Shown one piece after another: positions 45,649-54,936 of a stretch of 64,000 nucleotides of DNA. How positions within the stretch are numbered: the first letter of the stretch is position 1; each line of letters begins with the position of its first letter. Both the position numbers and the translations under genes were made by a program. Source of the stretch: an uncultured bacterium (GTDB lineage Bacteria > Actinomycetota > Thermoleophilia > Solirubrobacterales > 70-9); assembly GCA_963725035.1 (NCBI GenBank), contig CAVRWX010000010.1, positions 124,854 to 188,853 on the forward strand. The letters run 5' to 3'. Under the pieces are notes generated by a model that did no database searches, was not told where the DNA came from, and was given only the letters and a program-made list of their open reading frames with translations.

Positions 45649-47152
45649 CCTCCACCAACGCGTCGATCAGCCCCGCCGGATCGTGCCGGCCTGCCTCGAT
45701 CGTAACTGTGATTCCGGCATCACGCGCGGTCTCTGAGGTCACCGGTCCGATCGAAACGATCCGCGCTCCCTCAGGAACTCGGCCACCAGTCACCTCCAGG
45801 AAGTTCTTGACGGTCGAGGACGAAGTGAACGTGACGTAGTCCGCCTCCATCGCGCGCTCGATCTCCTCCACCGAAGGCGTCTCGCGCACCGTCTCGTACA
45901 GCGCCACGACGTCGACCTCCGCGCCCCGTTCTCGCAGGGCATCGGGCAGGACGTCCCGCGCCTCGGCGGCGCGCGCAACCAGCACCGGCTTGCCCTCGAC
46001 GGGCACATCGCCGAGAGCCTCGACGAGCGCCTCGGCGATAGAGCGCTCGGGCACCACGTCCGCGATTACGCCCCGTTCGCGGAGGGCCCGCGCGGTTCCT
46101 GGCCCGATCGCCGCCACCTGCGCCTGCGAAAGCGCCCGTGCATCGAGGCCCGCGTCCTCCATCGCCTCGAACAGGAGGCGGGCGCCGTTCGGGCTCGTCA
46201 CGCATACGAGCGCGTAGGTGTGAAGCGACGCGATCGCCGCGCGCACCTCGTCCGTCTCGATCCGGGGCACGATCCGGATCGCGGGCAGCTCGACCACCTC
46301 CGCGCCGAGCGCTTCGAGCGTTCGCGCCATGTCGCTCGCCTGAGCCCGCGCGCGCGTCACGACCACCCGCTTGCCATGTAGCGGCCGGTGCTCGAGCCAC
46401 GCGATGCCCTCACGGCGTGCGGCGACCGGGCCGAAGACGAGGATGGACGGCGGCCGGAGGCCCTGGCGCTCGACCTCGGCGGCGAGCGTCTCGAGAGTCG
46501 CCACCGCGGCCTTCTGCCCGGGCAGCGTTCCGCGTTCGATCGCAGCCGCCGGCTCGGCCGGATCGCGCCCCGCCTCGATCAGGCGGCGGGCGATGTCGGG
46601 CAAGTTCTTGACGCCCATGTAGAGGACGAGCGTCCCAGGGAAGTGCGCGAGCGCCTCCCAGTCGAGCGCCGTTTCAGGCTTCTCCGGGTCCTCGTGGCCG
46701 GTGACGAACGCGACCGCCGAGGCGTCGTCACGGTGTGTGACGGGAATGCCCGCATACGCGGCAGCGGCGACACCCGCGGTGACGCCGGGCACCACCTCGA
46801 AGTCCACGCCGGCTGCCCGACAAGCTTCGGCCTCCTCGCCGCCGCGGCCGAACACGAACGGGTCGCCGCCCTTGAGCCGCACTACGCTGAGCCCCCGTTG
46901 CGCCCGCGTGACGAGCGCCTCATTGATGCCGTCCTGGGTCATCGCGACATCGCCCGGCTCCTTGCCGACGTACAGAAGCTCCGCGTCCTCGCGCGCGCCG
47001 ACGAGAGCGCCGCTCGGGATCAGCCGGTCGTAGAGGATCGCGTCGGCGGCGGCGATGAGCTCGAGCGCCCGAGCGGTCATCAGGCCCGGATCGCCGGGCC
47101 CGGCGCCTACGAGATACACCACACCTCGCCGAGAGGTGCGATCCGCGGTCAC
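45635..47152 (-). CDS. cobA/hemD: bifunctional uroporphyrinogen-III C-methyltransferase / uroporphyrinogen-III synthase
   Basis: The N-terminal half VYLVGAGPGDPGLMTARA is SUMT-like and the C-terminal half is HemD-like. The protein is 505 aa. Its start overlaps the hemC stop by 4 nt. Confidence 0.9.
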   Translation of the reverse strand: MTADRTSRRGVVYLVGAGPGDPGLMTARALELIAAADAILYDRLIPSGALVGAREDAELLYVGKEPGDVAMTQDGINEALVTRAQRGLSVVRLKGGDPFVFGRGGEEAEACRAAGVDFEVVPGVTAGVAAAAYAGIPVTHRDDASAVAFVTGHEDPEKPETALDWEALAHFPGTLVLYMGVKNLPDIARRLIEAGRDPAEPAAAIERGTLPGQKAAVATLETLAAEVERQGLRPPSILVFGPVAARREGIAWLEHRPLHGKRVVVTRARAQASDMARTLEALGAEVVELPAIRIVPRIETDEVRAAIASLHTYALVCVTSPNGARLLFEAMEDAGLDARALSQAQVAAIGPGTARALRERGVIADVVPERSIAEALVEALGDVPVEGKPVLVARAAEARDVLPDALRERGAEVDVVALYETVRETPSVEEIERAMEADYVTFTSSSTVKNFLEVTGGRVPEGARIVSIGPVTSETARDAGITVTIEAGRHDPAGLIDALVEDAGA

Positions 47153-48021
47153 GCCGGCTCCTTCGCCCGCTCGAGGATCTCGCCTGCGCCGGCGGCGAGC
47201 ATGCGCTCCGCGAGCGCAGCGCCAAGCGCGGCGGGTTGCTCGGGATCTCCTCGCACCGCATCACGCACCCATTCCGAACCGTCGGGCAAACCGGCGTAGC
47301 CCGCGACCGCCAGGGTCCCGTCCATGTGGCGGGCGCAGATGCCGAGCGGCGTCTCGCATGACGCATCCAGCATCTGCGTGGCGGCACGCTCGGCGGTGAA
47401 CTCGACGAGCGCATCGTGGTCGGAGATGCCCGCCGCGGTGGCCGCGGTCTCGGAATCGCCCGAGCGAGCCTGAAGCGCCAGTGCGCCCTGACCCGGGGCC
47501 GGGACCATCTGGTCGGCTCCGAAGCGAAAGGCGATCTCGTCTGCTCGGCCAAGCCGCACGAGGCCGGCGGCGGCGAGAACGATCCCATCCATCTCGCCGT
47601 CCGCAAGCTTGCGAAGGCGCGTATCCACGTTGCCGCGGACCTCCACCACCTCGAGGTCGGGGCGAAGCGCCAGAAGCTGCGAGCGGCGCCTGAGGCTGGC
47701 CGTGCCCACGCGAGCACCGTCAGGCAGGTCATCGAGCGCACCCGCCTCGCCGACGAAGACGTCGGCAGGGTCCTCGCGCTCCGGCACCCCGACCAGCGCG
47801 AGGTCGTCGGGCATGTCGCCCGGGAGGTCCTTCGCCGAATGGACCCCCAGATCGGCGCGCTCCTCGCGAAGCGCCTCCTCCACCGTCCGTACGAAACGCG
47901 CCTTGTCGCCGACCTCGCCGTCCACGTTCGCGACGCGAACGAGCTCGGCGCCCCCCAGTGCCTTCGCGACTGTTTCGGCCTGCGCCAGCGCAAGGGCGCT
48001 CGACCTGGTCGCGATCCTCAT
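47149..48021 (-). CDS. hemC: hydroxymethylbilane synthase (porphobilinogen deaminase)
   Basis: ATG 48021 gives MRIATRSSALALAQAE...HSAKDLP...TASLRRRSQL...RGNVDTRLRKL. Confidence 0.9.
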   Translation of the reverse strand: MRIATRSSALALAQAETVAKALGGAELVRVANVDGEVGDKARFVRTVEEALREERADLGVHSAKDLPGDMPDDLALVGVPEREDPADVFVGEAGALDDLPDGARVGTASLRRRSQLLALRPDLEVVEVRGNVDTRLRKLADGEMDGIVLAAAGLVRLGRADEIAFRFGADQMVPAPGQGALALQARSGDSETAATAAGISDHDALVEFTAERAATQMLDASCETPLGICARHMDGTLAVAGYAGLPDGSEWVRDAVRGDPEQPAALGAALAERMLAAGAGEILERAKEPA

Positions 48022-48037
48022 CGTTAGACCATCTCCC

Positions 48038-49372
48038 TTACCTGCGGGCGCGGCGGTGCTCGTCGAGCTCCGTGACCTCCGCATCCGTGCCCTCCAGGGC
48101 TTCCGAGCCGGGGTCGAGGCCGAAGAGCTCGCGAAGCGCGTGAACGTGGCCCGAGACTCCCTCGGCCGCCGAGCGCTTGAGCCGAAGCGTCGGCTCGTGA
48201 AGGATGCGCCGGGCGATCGCGTTCGCCATCGCGTCCAGCCGCTCGCGGTCCGCTTCGGACAGGCTCTCCCAGCGGCTCTCGTTCTCGGCAAGGGTGCGAG
48301 CGACGATCTCGTCCGCGAGCCCGCGCAGCGCCGTGATGGTGGGAGTCACCTCCTGTGCGGTCAGCCACTCCTCGAAGCCCGCAAGCTCCGAGCGCAGGAT
48401 CTTCTCGGCCTTGACCGCCTCGCCCTCGCGCGAGCTGGTGTTCCTCTCGACCAAGGCTTGGAGGTCGTCCATGTCATAGACCGTCACGCCGGTCAGCTCG
48501 CGGCACGTCGCCATGATGTCGCGCGGCACCGCGAGGTCGATGAGGAGGAGCGGCCGGCCGTCGCGCTCGGCCATCACCTCGGAGAGCGCGTCGCGCTCGA
48601 TCACGTTGTGCGGCGAAGACGTGGAGGAGACGACGATGTCGGCCTGGGCCAGAAGGGACGGCAGCTCCTCGAAGCGCACGGCTCTGCCGCCGAAGCGCTG
48701 GGCGATGCCGATCGCGCGGTCGTAATGGCGGTTGGCGATGAAGACGGCATCGACTCCCCGCGAGGCCAGCGCACGGGCGGTCAGCTCGGCCGTCTCGCCG
48801 GCCCCGACCACCAGCACGGTGCGGTCCTCGAGGTCGCCGAGCGTTCGCCGCGCGAGCTCGACCGCGACCTGCGGGACCGACAGCGCCCGTTCCGAGAGAG
48901 CCGTCTCGGTCCGCGCCCGCTTGCCGGCGGCGAGCGCTCCACGGAAGAGGCGGTTAAGCACCGGACCCGTCGCGTCCTCGACCAGCGCGAGCTCATACGC
49001 GCGCTTGACCTGGCCCTGGATCTCCGCCTCGCCGACGATCATCGACTCGAGCCCTGCGGTGACCCGGAAGAGGTGGTCGGCAGCGCTGGGCCCGCGCATC
49101 GAATACAGGTGGGAGACCAGCTCGGTGGGCCGGATGTCGGCCTCGCGCGAGAGCACGCCGAGCGCTTGCGACTCCGCGTTCACCGCGTCCGAGGCGAACA
49201 TGTAGAGCTCGGTGCGGTTGCAGGTCGAGATCGCCGCCGCCTCGGAGATCTGGCCGGAGGTCACGAGCTCGCCGAGCACTCCGACGGCGCGCCCCTCGGT
49301 CAGCGCCAGCCGCTCGCGGAGCTCCAGCGGAGCGGTCTTGTGCGAGACGCCAAGTACCAGGACCTCGGCCAT
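48038..49372 (-). CDS. hemA: glutamyl-tRNA reductase
   Basis: The protein starts MAEVLVLGVSHKTAPLELRERLAL...STCNRTELY, has a GAGETAE Rossmann motif, and is 444 aa. Confidence 0.93.
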   Translation of the reverse strand: MAEVLVLGVSHKTAPLELRERLALTEGRAVGVLGELVTSGQISEAAAISTCNRTELYMFASDAVNAESQALGVLSREADIRPTELVSHLYSMRGPSAADHLFRVTAGLESMIVGEAEIQGQVKRAYELALVEDATGPVLNRLFRGALAAGKRARTETALSERALSVPQVAVELARRTLGDLEDRTVLVVGAGETAELTARALASRGVDAVFIANRHYDRAIGIAQRFGGRAVRFEELPSLLAQADIVVSSTSSPHNVIERDALSEVMAERDGRPLLLIDLAVPRDIMATCRELTGVTVYDMDDLQALVERNTSSREGEAVKAEKILRSELAGFEEWLTAQEVTPTITALRGLADEIVARTLAENESRWESLSEADRERLDAMANAIARRILHEPTLRLKRSAAEGVSGHVHALRELFGLDPGSEALEGTDAEVTELDEHRRARR

Positions 49373-49542
49373 TAGGAGGTCTCCTTGCGGCTCTCGGCGA
49401 GATCGGCCAGCTCGGTCAGGTCGCGGCGCATGCGCTCGAGCTTGGCGGCCATGATCGCGACGTAGATCAGGAGCAGCACGAGGAAGACGAGGTACGCGCC
49501 GGCGACGTACTTGCCCGCCTCGTCGATCGGCAGTGCGGGCAT
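49372..49542 (-). CDS. small single-TM protein, CcmD-like (not in the ORF track; 56 aa)
   Basis: The sequence is MPALPIDEAGKYVAGAYLVFLVLLLIYVAIMAAKLERMRRDLTELADLAESRKETS. Its ATG overlaps the ccmC stop (TGATG) and its TAA overlaps the hemA ATG (TAATG). Confidence 0.45.
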   Translation of the reverse strand: MPALPIDEAGKYVAGAYLVFLVLLLIYVAIMAAKLERMRRDLTELADLAESRKETS

Positions 49543-50285
49543 CAGCCGGGCGCCTCCCTTGCGGGCACGGACGGAGCGATGCGCGACGCCGGCGCCACCG
49601 GCGCCTCGGAATCGAGTGCGCGGCGAAGGCGCGAGACCTGCGCCGAGGTCATCTTGGCCGCGAGCTCGAAGCGGCTCAGCGTGATGAAGAGAAGTCCCAT
49701 CCCGGCGATCGAGACCAGGAAGGTCAGAAGCATTTCCGGCGGCAGGCCGCCGTCAGCCGTGGCGAACACCCGCGGGTGGACCAGCGACTCGGCCAGACGC
49801 ACCGCCATGAAGTTGAGCGGCACGAACGCGCCCGCGGTGATCGCGAAGACGGACGCGTATCGCGCCTGACGCTCGCGGTCGGCGATCGAGTACCGGAGCG
49901 GGTAGTAGGTCGCATAGAGGAGATAGACGATCAGGAACGAGACGAGCGTCGGCTCCTCCCACACCCACCACTTGCCCCACGCGGCGCGGGCCCAGATCGC
50001 GCCAGTGAGCAGCGCCGCGGTGCCGAAGATCACTCCCATGTGAATCGAGACGTAGGAGCGCACGTCGTGGATCGGGTCGCCGGTGCGCAGATGGCGGATC
50101 GAGTGGAACGCCGCGACCACGAAGCCGATCAGCGCGCAGATGGCGATCGGGACGTGGACGTAGAAGATCTTCTGGATGAAGCCCTGGTCCGCGTCGTTGG
50201 GCGCGTAGAAGAAGACGAGCGTGAACGCGAGGCCGAGAACGGCCACGGTTGCGATAGCCATGGCTCTGAGGCTGGGCATCGACAT
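49542..50285 (-). CDS. ccmC: heme exporter protein C (CcmC-like, WWD family)
   Basis: It contains FYVHVPIA and IWARAAWGKWWVWEEPTLVSFLIVYLLY (tryptophan-rich WWD motif) and is 247 aa. Confidence 0.8.
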   Translation of the reverse strand: MSMPSLRAMAIATVAVLGLAFTLVFFYAPNDADQGFIQKIFYVHVPIAICALIGFVVAAFHSIRHLRTGDPIHDVRSYVSIHMGVIFGTAALLTGAIWARAAWGKWWVWEEPTLVSFLIVYLLYATYYPLRYSIADRERQARYASVFAITAGAFVPLNFMAVRLAESLVHPRVFATADGGLPPEMLLTFLVSIAGMGLLFITLSRFELAAKMTSAQVSRLRRALDSEAPVAPASRIAPSVPAREAPG

Positions 50286-50350
50286 CGGGGGTTAGATCGT
50301 AGAGCGCCGAAGACGCTCGCCTTCCTCATCGCAGGGAGCTTGCAAAGGCC

Positions 50351-51019
50351 TCAGTCCTCGATCAGGAAGTCGTAGACCGCGTAGCCGACGAGAAGGAAGA
50401 CCGCGTCGTAGAGCCCCAGCGTCAGTGCCCACTTCGGCACCCCGTCGTACTCGGGGCCTCCCGCTGCCAGAAGCAGCTCGCACGCGCCGGCGGCCGCGAT
50501 CATCAGCGGGATCAGGAGCGGCAGGAGGACCAGGGGCGTCAGCAGGTCCCGGGCCCTGGAGTTGGCGCCCATGGTCGAGACGACAGCCCCCGTCGCGGCG
50601 AAGCCGAGATTGACCAGGAGGAGGATCCCCGCCACAGGAAGGAGACCTGAGACGTCGTCCAGGAAGAAGCCGGCGAAAACGGGCAGGGCAATGGCCTCGA
50701 GGATCGTCAGGTAGACAAACAGCGCGAGCACCTTCGCGATGAAGAGCGAGGTGGCCTCGACCGGGGCGAGCCTGATCGCGTCGAAGCCGCCCTCGTCGCG
50801 CTCGGCTACGAACAGGCGGTTGATGGCGAGGAGCGCCGCAAACAACACGGTCACCAGGAGGACGCCCGCGGCGAGGCTCCCCTCCAGCGATGTGCGGTCG
50901 AGGCCGAAGCGGAAGATCACGAACGTGGTGACGGCGAAGAGAGCCATCGCCGGAAGCGACTGGAGCGTCCGCAGCTCGATCCGCAGGTCCTTCATGAGGA
51001 TGGTGCGGACGGGGCTCAT
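50351..51019 (-). CDS. ccmB: heme exporter protein B (ABC permease)
   Basis: ATG 51019 overlaps the ccmA stop (ATGA). The polytopic protein is 222 aa and starts MSPVRTILMKDLRIELRT.... Confidence 0.75.
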   Translation of the reverse strand: MSPVRTILMKDLRIELRTLQSLPAMALFAVTTFVIFRFGLDRTSLEGSLAAGVLLVTVLFAALLAINRLFVAERDEGGFDAIRLAPVEATSLFIAKVLALFVYLTILEAIALPVFAGFFLDDVSGLLPVAGILLLVNLGFAATGAVVSTMGANSRARDLLTPLVLLPLLIPLMIAAAGACELLLAAGGPEYDGVPKWALTLGLYDAVFLLVGYAVYDFLIED

Positions 51020-51723
51020 GCGGGCCGCCCCGCCGAGTAAATCGCGCGCGCATCTGAGGCCGAGAGGCCGCTGGCAGGCCCCTCGTATGCGACCGAGCCG
51101 TCGCTGTGCAGAGCGAGCGCGCGGTCCGCGTCGGCCAGCCCGCCCTCGACATCGTGCGTCACAACGACTCGCGTAGCGCCCGAGGAGCGGCCGATCAGGG
51201 GCTCGACCTTGCCGAATCCCGCGGGGTCGAGGTGCGCGCCGGGCTCGTCGAGCAAAAGGAGTCTGGGCTCGTGGAGCACGCACCTCACAACGGCCGCGCG
51301 CTGGGCCTGACCCGCCGAAAGGGTGCGCACGAGCTGGCCCGCTCGGCGCTCCAAACCGACCTGGGCGAGCAGGTCGCCGATCCGCGGGCCGGCGTCAGGC
51401 ACCCGGTGAAGATCCGCGTGAAAGGTGAGCGCCTCCGCGAGGGTCAGGTCGGCGTAGAGGAGCGGGTCGTGCCCGAGATAGCCGATCTGTCCACGCGCCC
51501 TCCAGGCTCGTCTGGGGAGCTCGGCGCCGAGGACCGTGAGCTCGCCCGCCGTCGGGCGCAGCAGCGTCGCGAGCATGCGAAGCAGCGTCGATTTGCCGGC
51601 GCCGTTCGGCCCCAGCACCACCAGCGTCTCGCCATCCGCAAGCTTGAGCGAGACGTCGCGAAGCACCGGCTCGGAGCCGTAGTCGCGCCGGAGCCCACGA
51701 GCCTCAACCGCCATATCCTTCAT
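51016..51723 (-). CDS. ccmA: heme-export ABC transporter ATP-binding protein
   Basis: Walker A is GPNGAGKST, the signature is LSAGQAQR and Walker B is LLLLDEP. The start is ATG 51723 or 51714. Confidence 0.85.
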   Translation of the reverse strand: MKDMAVEARGLRRDYGSEPVLRDVSLKLADGETLVVLGPNGAGKSTLLRMLATLLRPTAGELTVLGAELPRRAWRARGQIGYLGHDPLLYADLTLAEALTFHADLHRVPDAGPRIGDLLAQVGLERRAGQLVRTLSAGQAQRAAVVRCVLHEPRLLLLDEPGAHLDPAGFGKVEPLIGRSSGATRVVVTHDVEGGLADADRALALHSDGSVAYEGPASGLSASDARAIYSAGRPA

Positions 51724-51766
51724 TCTCACAAGGCCGAGGCAAGACCGAAGCAGGAAGGCAAGGCGG

Positions 51767-52396
51767 ATGAAGCGGATCGTTCGGGCGACAGGCACGGCCG
51801 CGCTCGTCTGTGCCGCGCTATTGGCCGCTCCCGTATACGCCGGCGGCCCGGAGGAGATCGAGTTCGGGTCGGACTTCTTCGAGCCCGGGGAAGCGGGCCC
51901 GGTCGATCTGCGCCCCTTCGCCCGCGAGGGACTCTGGTTCTCGGAAGAGCCGAACGCCGACCACAACGTCGTGCAGGACCGGGGACTCTTTCGCTCGGGC
52001 CCGCCGGGTCGCGGCAAGAGGTTTCGCATCGACATCTCGGCCGGCGATTGGCACTACTACTGCGTCGTGCACGGCTCCGTCCTCGGCGGCATGGAGGGCA
52101 CGATCTCGGTCCGCCCGATCGCCGACCGCGGCGACGGCGACAGCGCACTCGTGAGATGGGCCGGCGGCGATGGCGAGAGCGGCAACCGCTTTGAGGTCGA
52201 GTGGCGCGAGCCGGGTAAGTCGTGGCGCACCTGGAAGGACTCGACGGCCAAGCCGAAGCTGGACTTCGGCCGGGACGGCTCGCCGACCGTCGCGGAGCCG
52301 GGCGTGAAATACGAGGTCCGCGTGCGCTCGTTCGCCGCAGGCGACGAGTCGCGCCGCAGCGGCCTCTCGCCCGCCGTGAGCTTCAAGGTCAACTAG
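51767..52396 (+). CDS. secreted cupredoxin-like copper protein with a C-terminal FN3-like domain
   Basis: It has a signal peptide MKRIVRATGTAALVCAALLAAPVYA. The likely Cu ligands are HNVV ... YYCVVHGSVLGGM. Confidence 0.65.
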   Translation: MKRIVRATGTAALVCAALLAAPVYAGGPEEIEFGSDFFEPGEAGPVDLRPFAREGLWFSEEPNADHNVVQDRGLFRSGPPGRGKRFRIDISAGDWHYYCVVHGSVLGGMEGTISVRPIADRGDGDSALVRWAGGDGESGNRFEVEWREPGKSWRTWKDSTAKPKLDFGRDGSPTVAEPGVKYEVRVRSFAAGDESRRSGLSPAVSFKVN

Positions 52397-52461
52397 TCAA
52401 CGCGCTCTGCCCAGGGCCCGTGAACCAGGACTCCTGAGCGCCTCGCTCCCGTATTTGGAGC

Positions 52462-53091
52462 GTGGCCGCCTTGATCATCGCGCTCATGACCGCGCTGGGC
52501 CCGCCCGCGCCGCGCGCCGAGCCCGCCGAGGCTGACGGCCCGCAGCGCCCTCGCATCGAGTACCAGCAGTCGGTCGCGGTCGGCGTGCCCGAAGCCGGCT
52601 CGCTCGTACGCGGCGTGCGCTTTCCAGGCGAGGGGCGCGCGTTCTTCACGTGGGACCCGATCCGCCACGAGCGGCCCAACCGCACCTGGCGGCGCTGGGG
52701 CACCGACGACCTCGTGCGCACGACGCTGGGAGTTGTCCGGGGCTTCGCGCGCGACCACCCGAAGGCGCCGCGGGTCGGCGTCGGCGACCTGTCGGTGCGC
52801 GGCGGCGGCGACTTCGGGCCTGAGGTCGGCGGCGGGATCGGCCACGCGACGCATCAGAACGGCCTCGACGTCGACGTCTACTACCCGCTCAGGAGCGAAG
52901 CGGAGCGGGCTCCCCTAAGCGTCGGCGAGGTGGATGTCGGCCTCGCGCAGGACCTGGTCGACCGCTTCGTCGCCGCAGGAGCGGTGACGGTCTACGTCGG
53001 CCCGAACCTGCCGCTGACAGGCCCGCCCGGAGTCGTGGTGCCCCTGGCAAACCACGACAACCACCTGCACGCACGCTTCGCGCCCGGCTGA
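52462..53091 (+). CDS. penicillin-insensitive murein endopeptidase-like (MepA / M74-like) protein
   Basis: It contains the GHATHQNGLDVDVYYP and NHDNHLHARF metal-ligand motifs. Confidence 0.65.
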   Translation: MAALIIALMTALGPPAPRAEPAEADGPQRPRIEYQQSVAVGVPEAGSLVRGVRFPGEGRAFFTWDPIRHERPNRTWRRWGTDDLVRTTLGVVRGFARDHPKAPRVGVGDLSVRGGGDFGPEVGGGIGHATHQNGLDVDVYYPLRSEAERAPLSVGEVDVGLAQDLVDRFVAAGAVTVYVGPNLPLTGPPGVVVPLANHDNHLHARFAPG

Positions 53092-53105
53092 AAGCGCCTA
53101 ACTCA

Positions 53106-53154
53106 CCGAAAGTAGGAATTTCCACGATATGTGTGGGAATTCCACCTCTCGGCG
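53106..53154. repeat. 49-nt imperfect palindromic element, copy B
   Basis: The sequence is ccgaaagtaGGAATTTCCACgatatgtGTGGGAATTCCacctctcggcg. It has the same loop orientation as copy A, and the arm change A>G keeps a G-U pair. It lies between convergent gene ends. Confidence 0.8.
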
Positions 53155-53200
53155 CACCGCGAACCCTTGACGCACGAGGTAGGCGCTTTGGAAGAGAGCC

Positions 53201-54772
53201 CTAGCGGCCCTTGCGCACCGTCTTCAAGCCGACCTTCGCGAGCGGCACGATGCTCTGGCGGAGCGCCTTCAAGCGCTCCCCGGGCTTCGATCCGTAGAGG
53301 AGCCTCGTCGACGCCTTCAGCGCCTCGCCGAGCGACTCGTCGTACGGCTGCCACCAGAAATCGCGGGTGAGCCCGGGCTCCCAGGCGACGTGCTTGATGT
53401 TCACGCACTCGTAGAAGCCGAACTTCGAGTGCGAGCGGCCCAGGCCCGAGTCCTTGACCCCGCCCCACGAGGTCTGGAGCGCGCCATGGGAGTAGGAGTG
53501 GTCGTTGATCCAGACCATTCCGGACTCGATCCGCCGCGCCATGCGCTCGCCCTTCTGGCGGTCCTTTGTCCAGATCGACGCGCCCAGGCCGAAGTTCGAG
53601 TCGTTCGCACGCTCGAGCGCCTCCTCTTCGGAGCCGACGACCACGATCGGCGCGACCGGGCCGAAGATCTCCTCGCGCATGACACGCATCTCGTCCTCGA
53701 CCCCGGCCAGGACGGTCGGGGCGATGAAGCGGCCGTCCATGCCGTCGAGTTCCGCGGGCCCGCCGCAGAGCCGGTCGGCGCCGGACTTGATCGCGTCGTC
53801 GACCAAGCCCGTGACCAGGTCCGCTTGGTCGGCGGAGACCATCGGGCCGATCTCGGTCGTCCACTCGAGCGGGTCGCCGACGGTGAGGCGCTCCGTCTCG
53901 GCGACCACGCCTTCGAGGAACCGGTCCGCGACCGAGTCCACCACGTAGGTGCGCTCGATCCCCGAGCAGGTCTGGCCCGCGTTCGCAAACGCTCCCCAGA
54001 CGCAACCGGACACGGCGTTCTCCAGGTCGGCGTCGGCGCAGACGATCTGCGGGTCCTTGCCGCCGAGCTCGAGTACCGAGCCCTTCATCTGGCTCGCACA
54101 GATCTCGCCCACCTTGCGCCCAACCTCGACCGAGCCGGTGAAGAACACCTTGCCGACGCCCCGCGACTCGCAGATGGCCTGACCGATCTGGCCGCCGCCG
54201 TGGACGGTGCGCACGAGGCCCTCCGGCACGCCGCCACGCTCGAACGCGGCCTGGATCCGGTCTCCGAGGAGCGGGGTGAGGCTCGCTGGCTTGAGGATCA
54301 CGCCGTTCCCCGACATGAGCGCGATCGCGACCTCGCCGAACGGGATCGACCACGGGTAGTTCCAGGGAGCGATGACGCCGACGACGCCGATCGGCTCGTA
54401 GCTGAAGAAGCTCCGTTTGGTCTTGAAGAAGATCTGGGGATACGAGATCGGCTCGTCTCGCAGGATCTTGGGGCCCTCGTCCGCGCACCAGTGGAGGGCG
54501 TCGATGGTCGGGATGAGCTCCATCACGTAGCTCTCGGCCATCGGCTTTCCCTGCTCGGTCGAGATCAGCCGCGCGACCCCCTCGAGGTCGTCGACCAGCT
54601 CGTCCGCGACCCGGCGCAGATAGCGGCCGCGGTCCTCTGGGGTGAGCTGCGCCCAGAACGGCTGGATCTCGGCGATGTCGGCGACGATGCCGTCGACGTC
54701 CTTTGGCTGGATCGTCTCGACCGTGCCGACGAGATCTCCCGTTGCCGGGTTGAAGGATTCGAGCTGTCCCAT
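53201..54772 (-). CDS. NAD(P)-dependent aldehyde dehydrogenase
   Basis: The 523-aa protein has VIAPWNYP, FTGSVEVGRKV, ELGGKDP and the catalytic Cys region NAGQTCSGIER. Confidence 0.93.
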   Translation of the reverse strand: MGQLESFNPATGDLVGTVETIQPKDVDGIVADIAEIQPFWAQLTPEDRGRYLRRVADELVDDLEGVARLISTEQGKPMAESYVMELIPTIDALHWCADEGPKILRDEPISYPQIFFKTKRSFFSYEPIGVVGVIAPWNYPWSIPFGEVAIALMSGNGVILKPASLTPLLGDRIQAAFERGGVPEGLVRTVHGGGQIGQAICESRGVGKVFFTGSVEVGRKVGEICASQMKGSVLELGGKDPQIVCADADLENAVSGCVWGAFANAGQTCSGIERTYVVDSVADRFLEGVVAETERLTVGDPLEWTTEIGPMVSADQADLVTGLVDDAIKSGADRLCGGPAELDGMDGRFIAPTVLAGVEDEMRVMREEIFGPVAPIVVVGSEEEALERANDSNFGLGASIWTKDRQKGERMARRIESGMVWINDHSYSHGALQTSWGGVKDSGLGRSHSKFGFYECVNIKHVAWEPGLTRDFWWQPYDESLGEALKASTRLLYGSKPGERLKALRQSIVPLAKVGLKTVRKGR

Positions 54773-54858
54773 GGGCGCATGACCCTAGAGGCTTACGACT
54801 CGCCAAGTGTCACTTCGAGGTACCGCTGGCGCCTTGACGACTCAGCGCGAACGACAGC

Positions 54859-54887
54859 GAGGCCGGGGGAATGGGGCCCCCGGCCTC
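54859..54887. terminator. GC-rich hairpin downstream of the RTX-like gene
   Basis: The hairpin is GAGGCCGGGGG-aatgggg-CCCCCGGCCTC, an 11-bp stem with no clear U tract. Confidence 0.35.
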
Positions 54888-54936
54888 CCTGCCATCGACG
54901 GCCCTGCCTAGGCCGGGCCGACGCTTTGCGCCGCGC

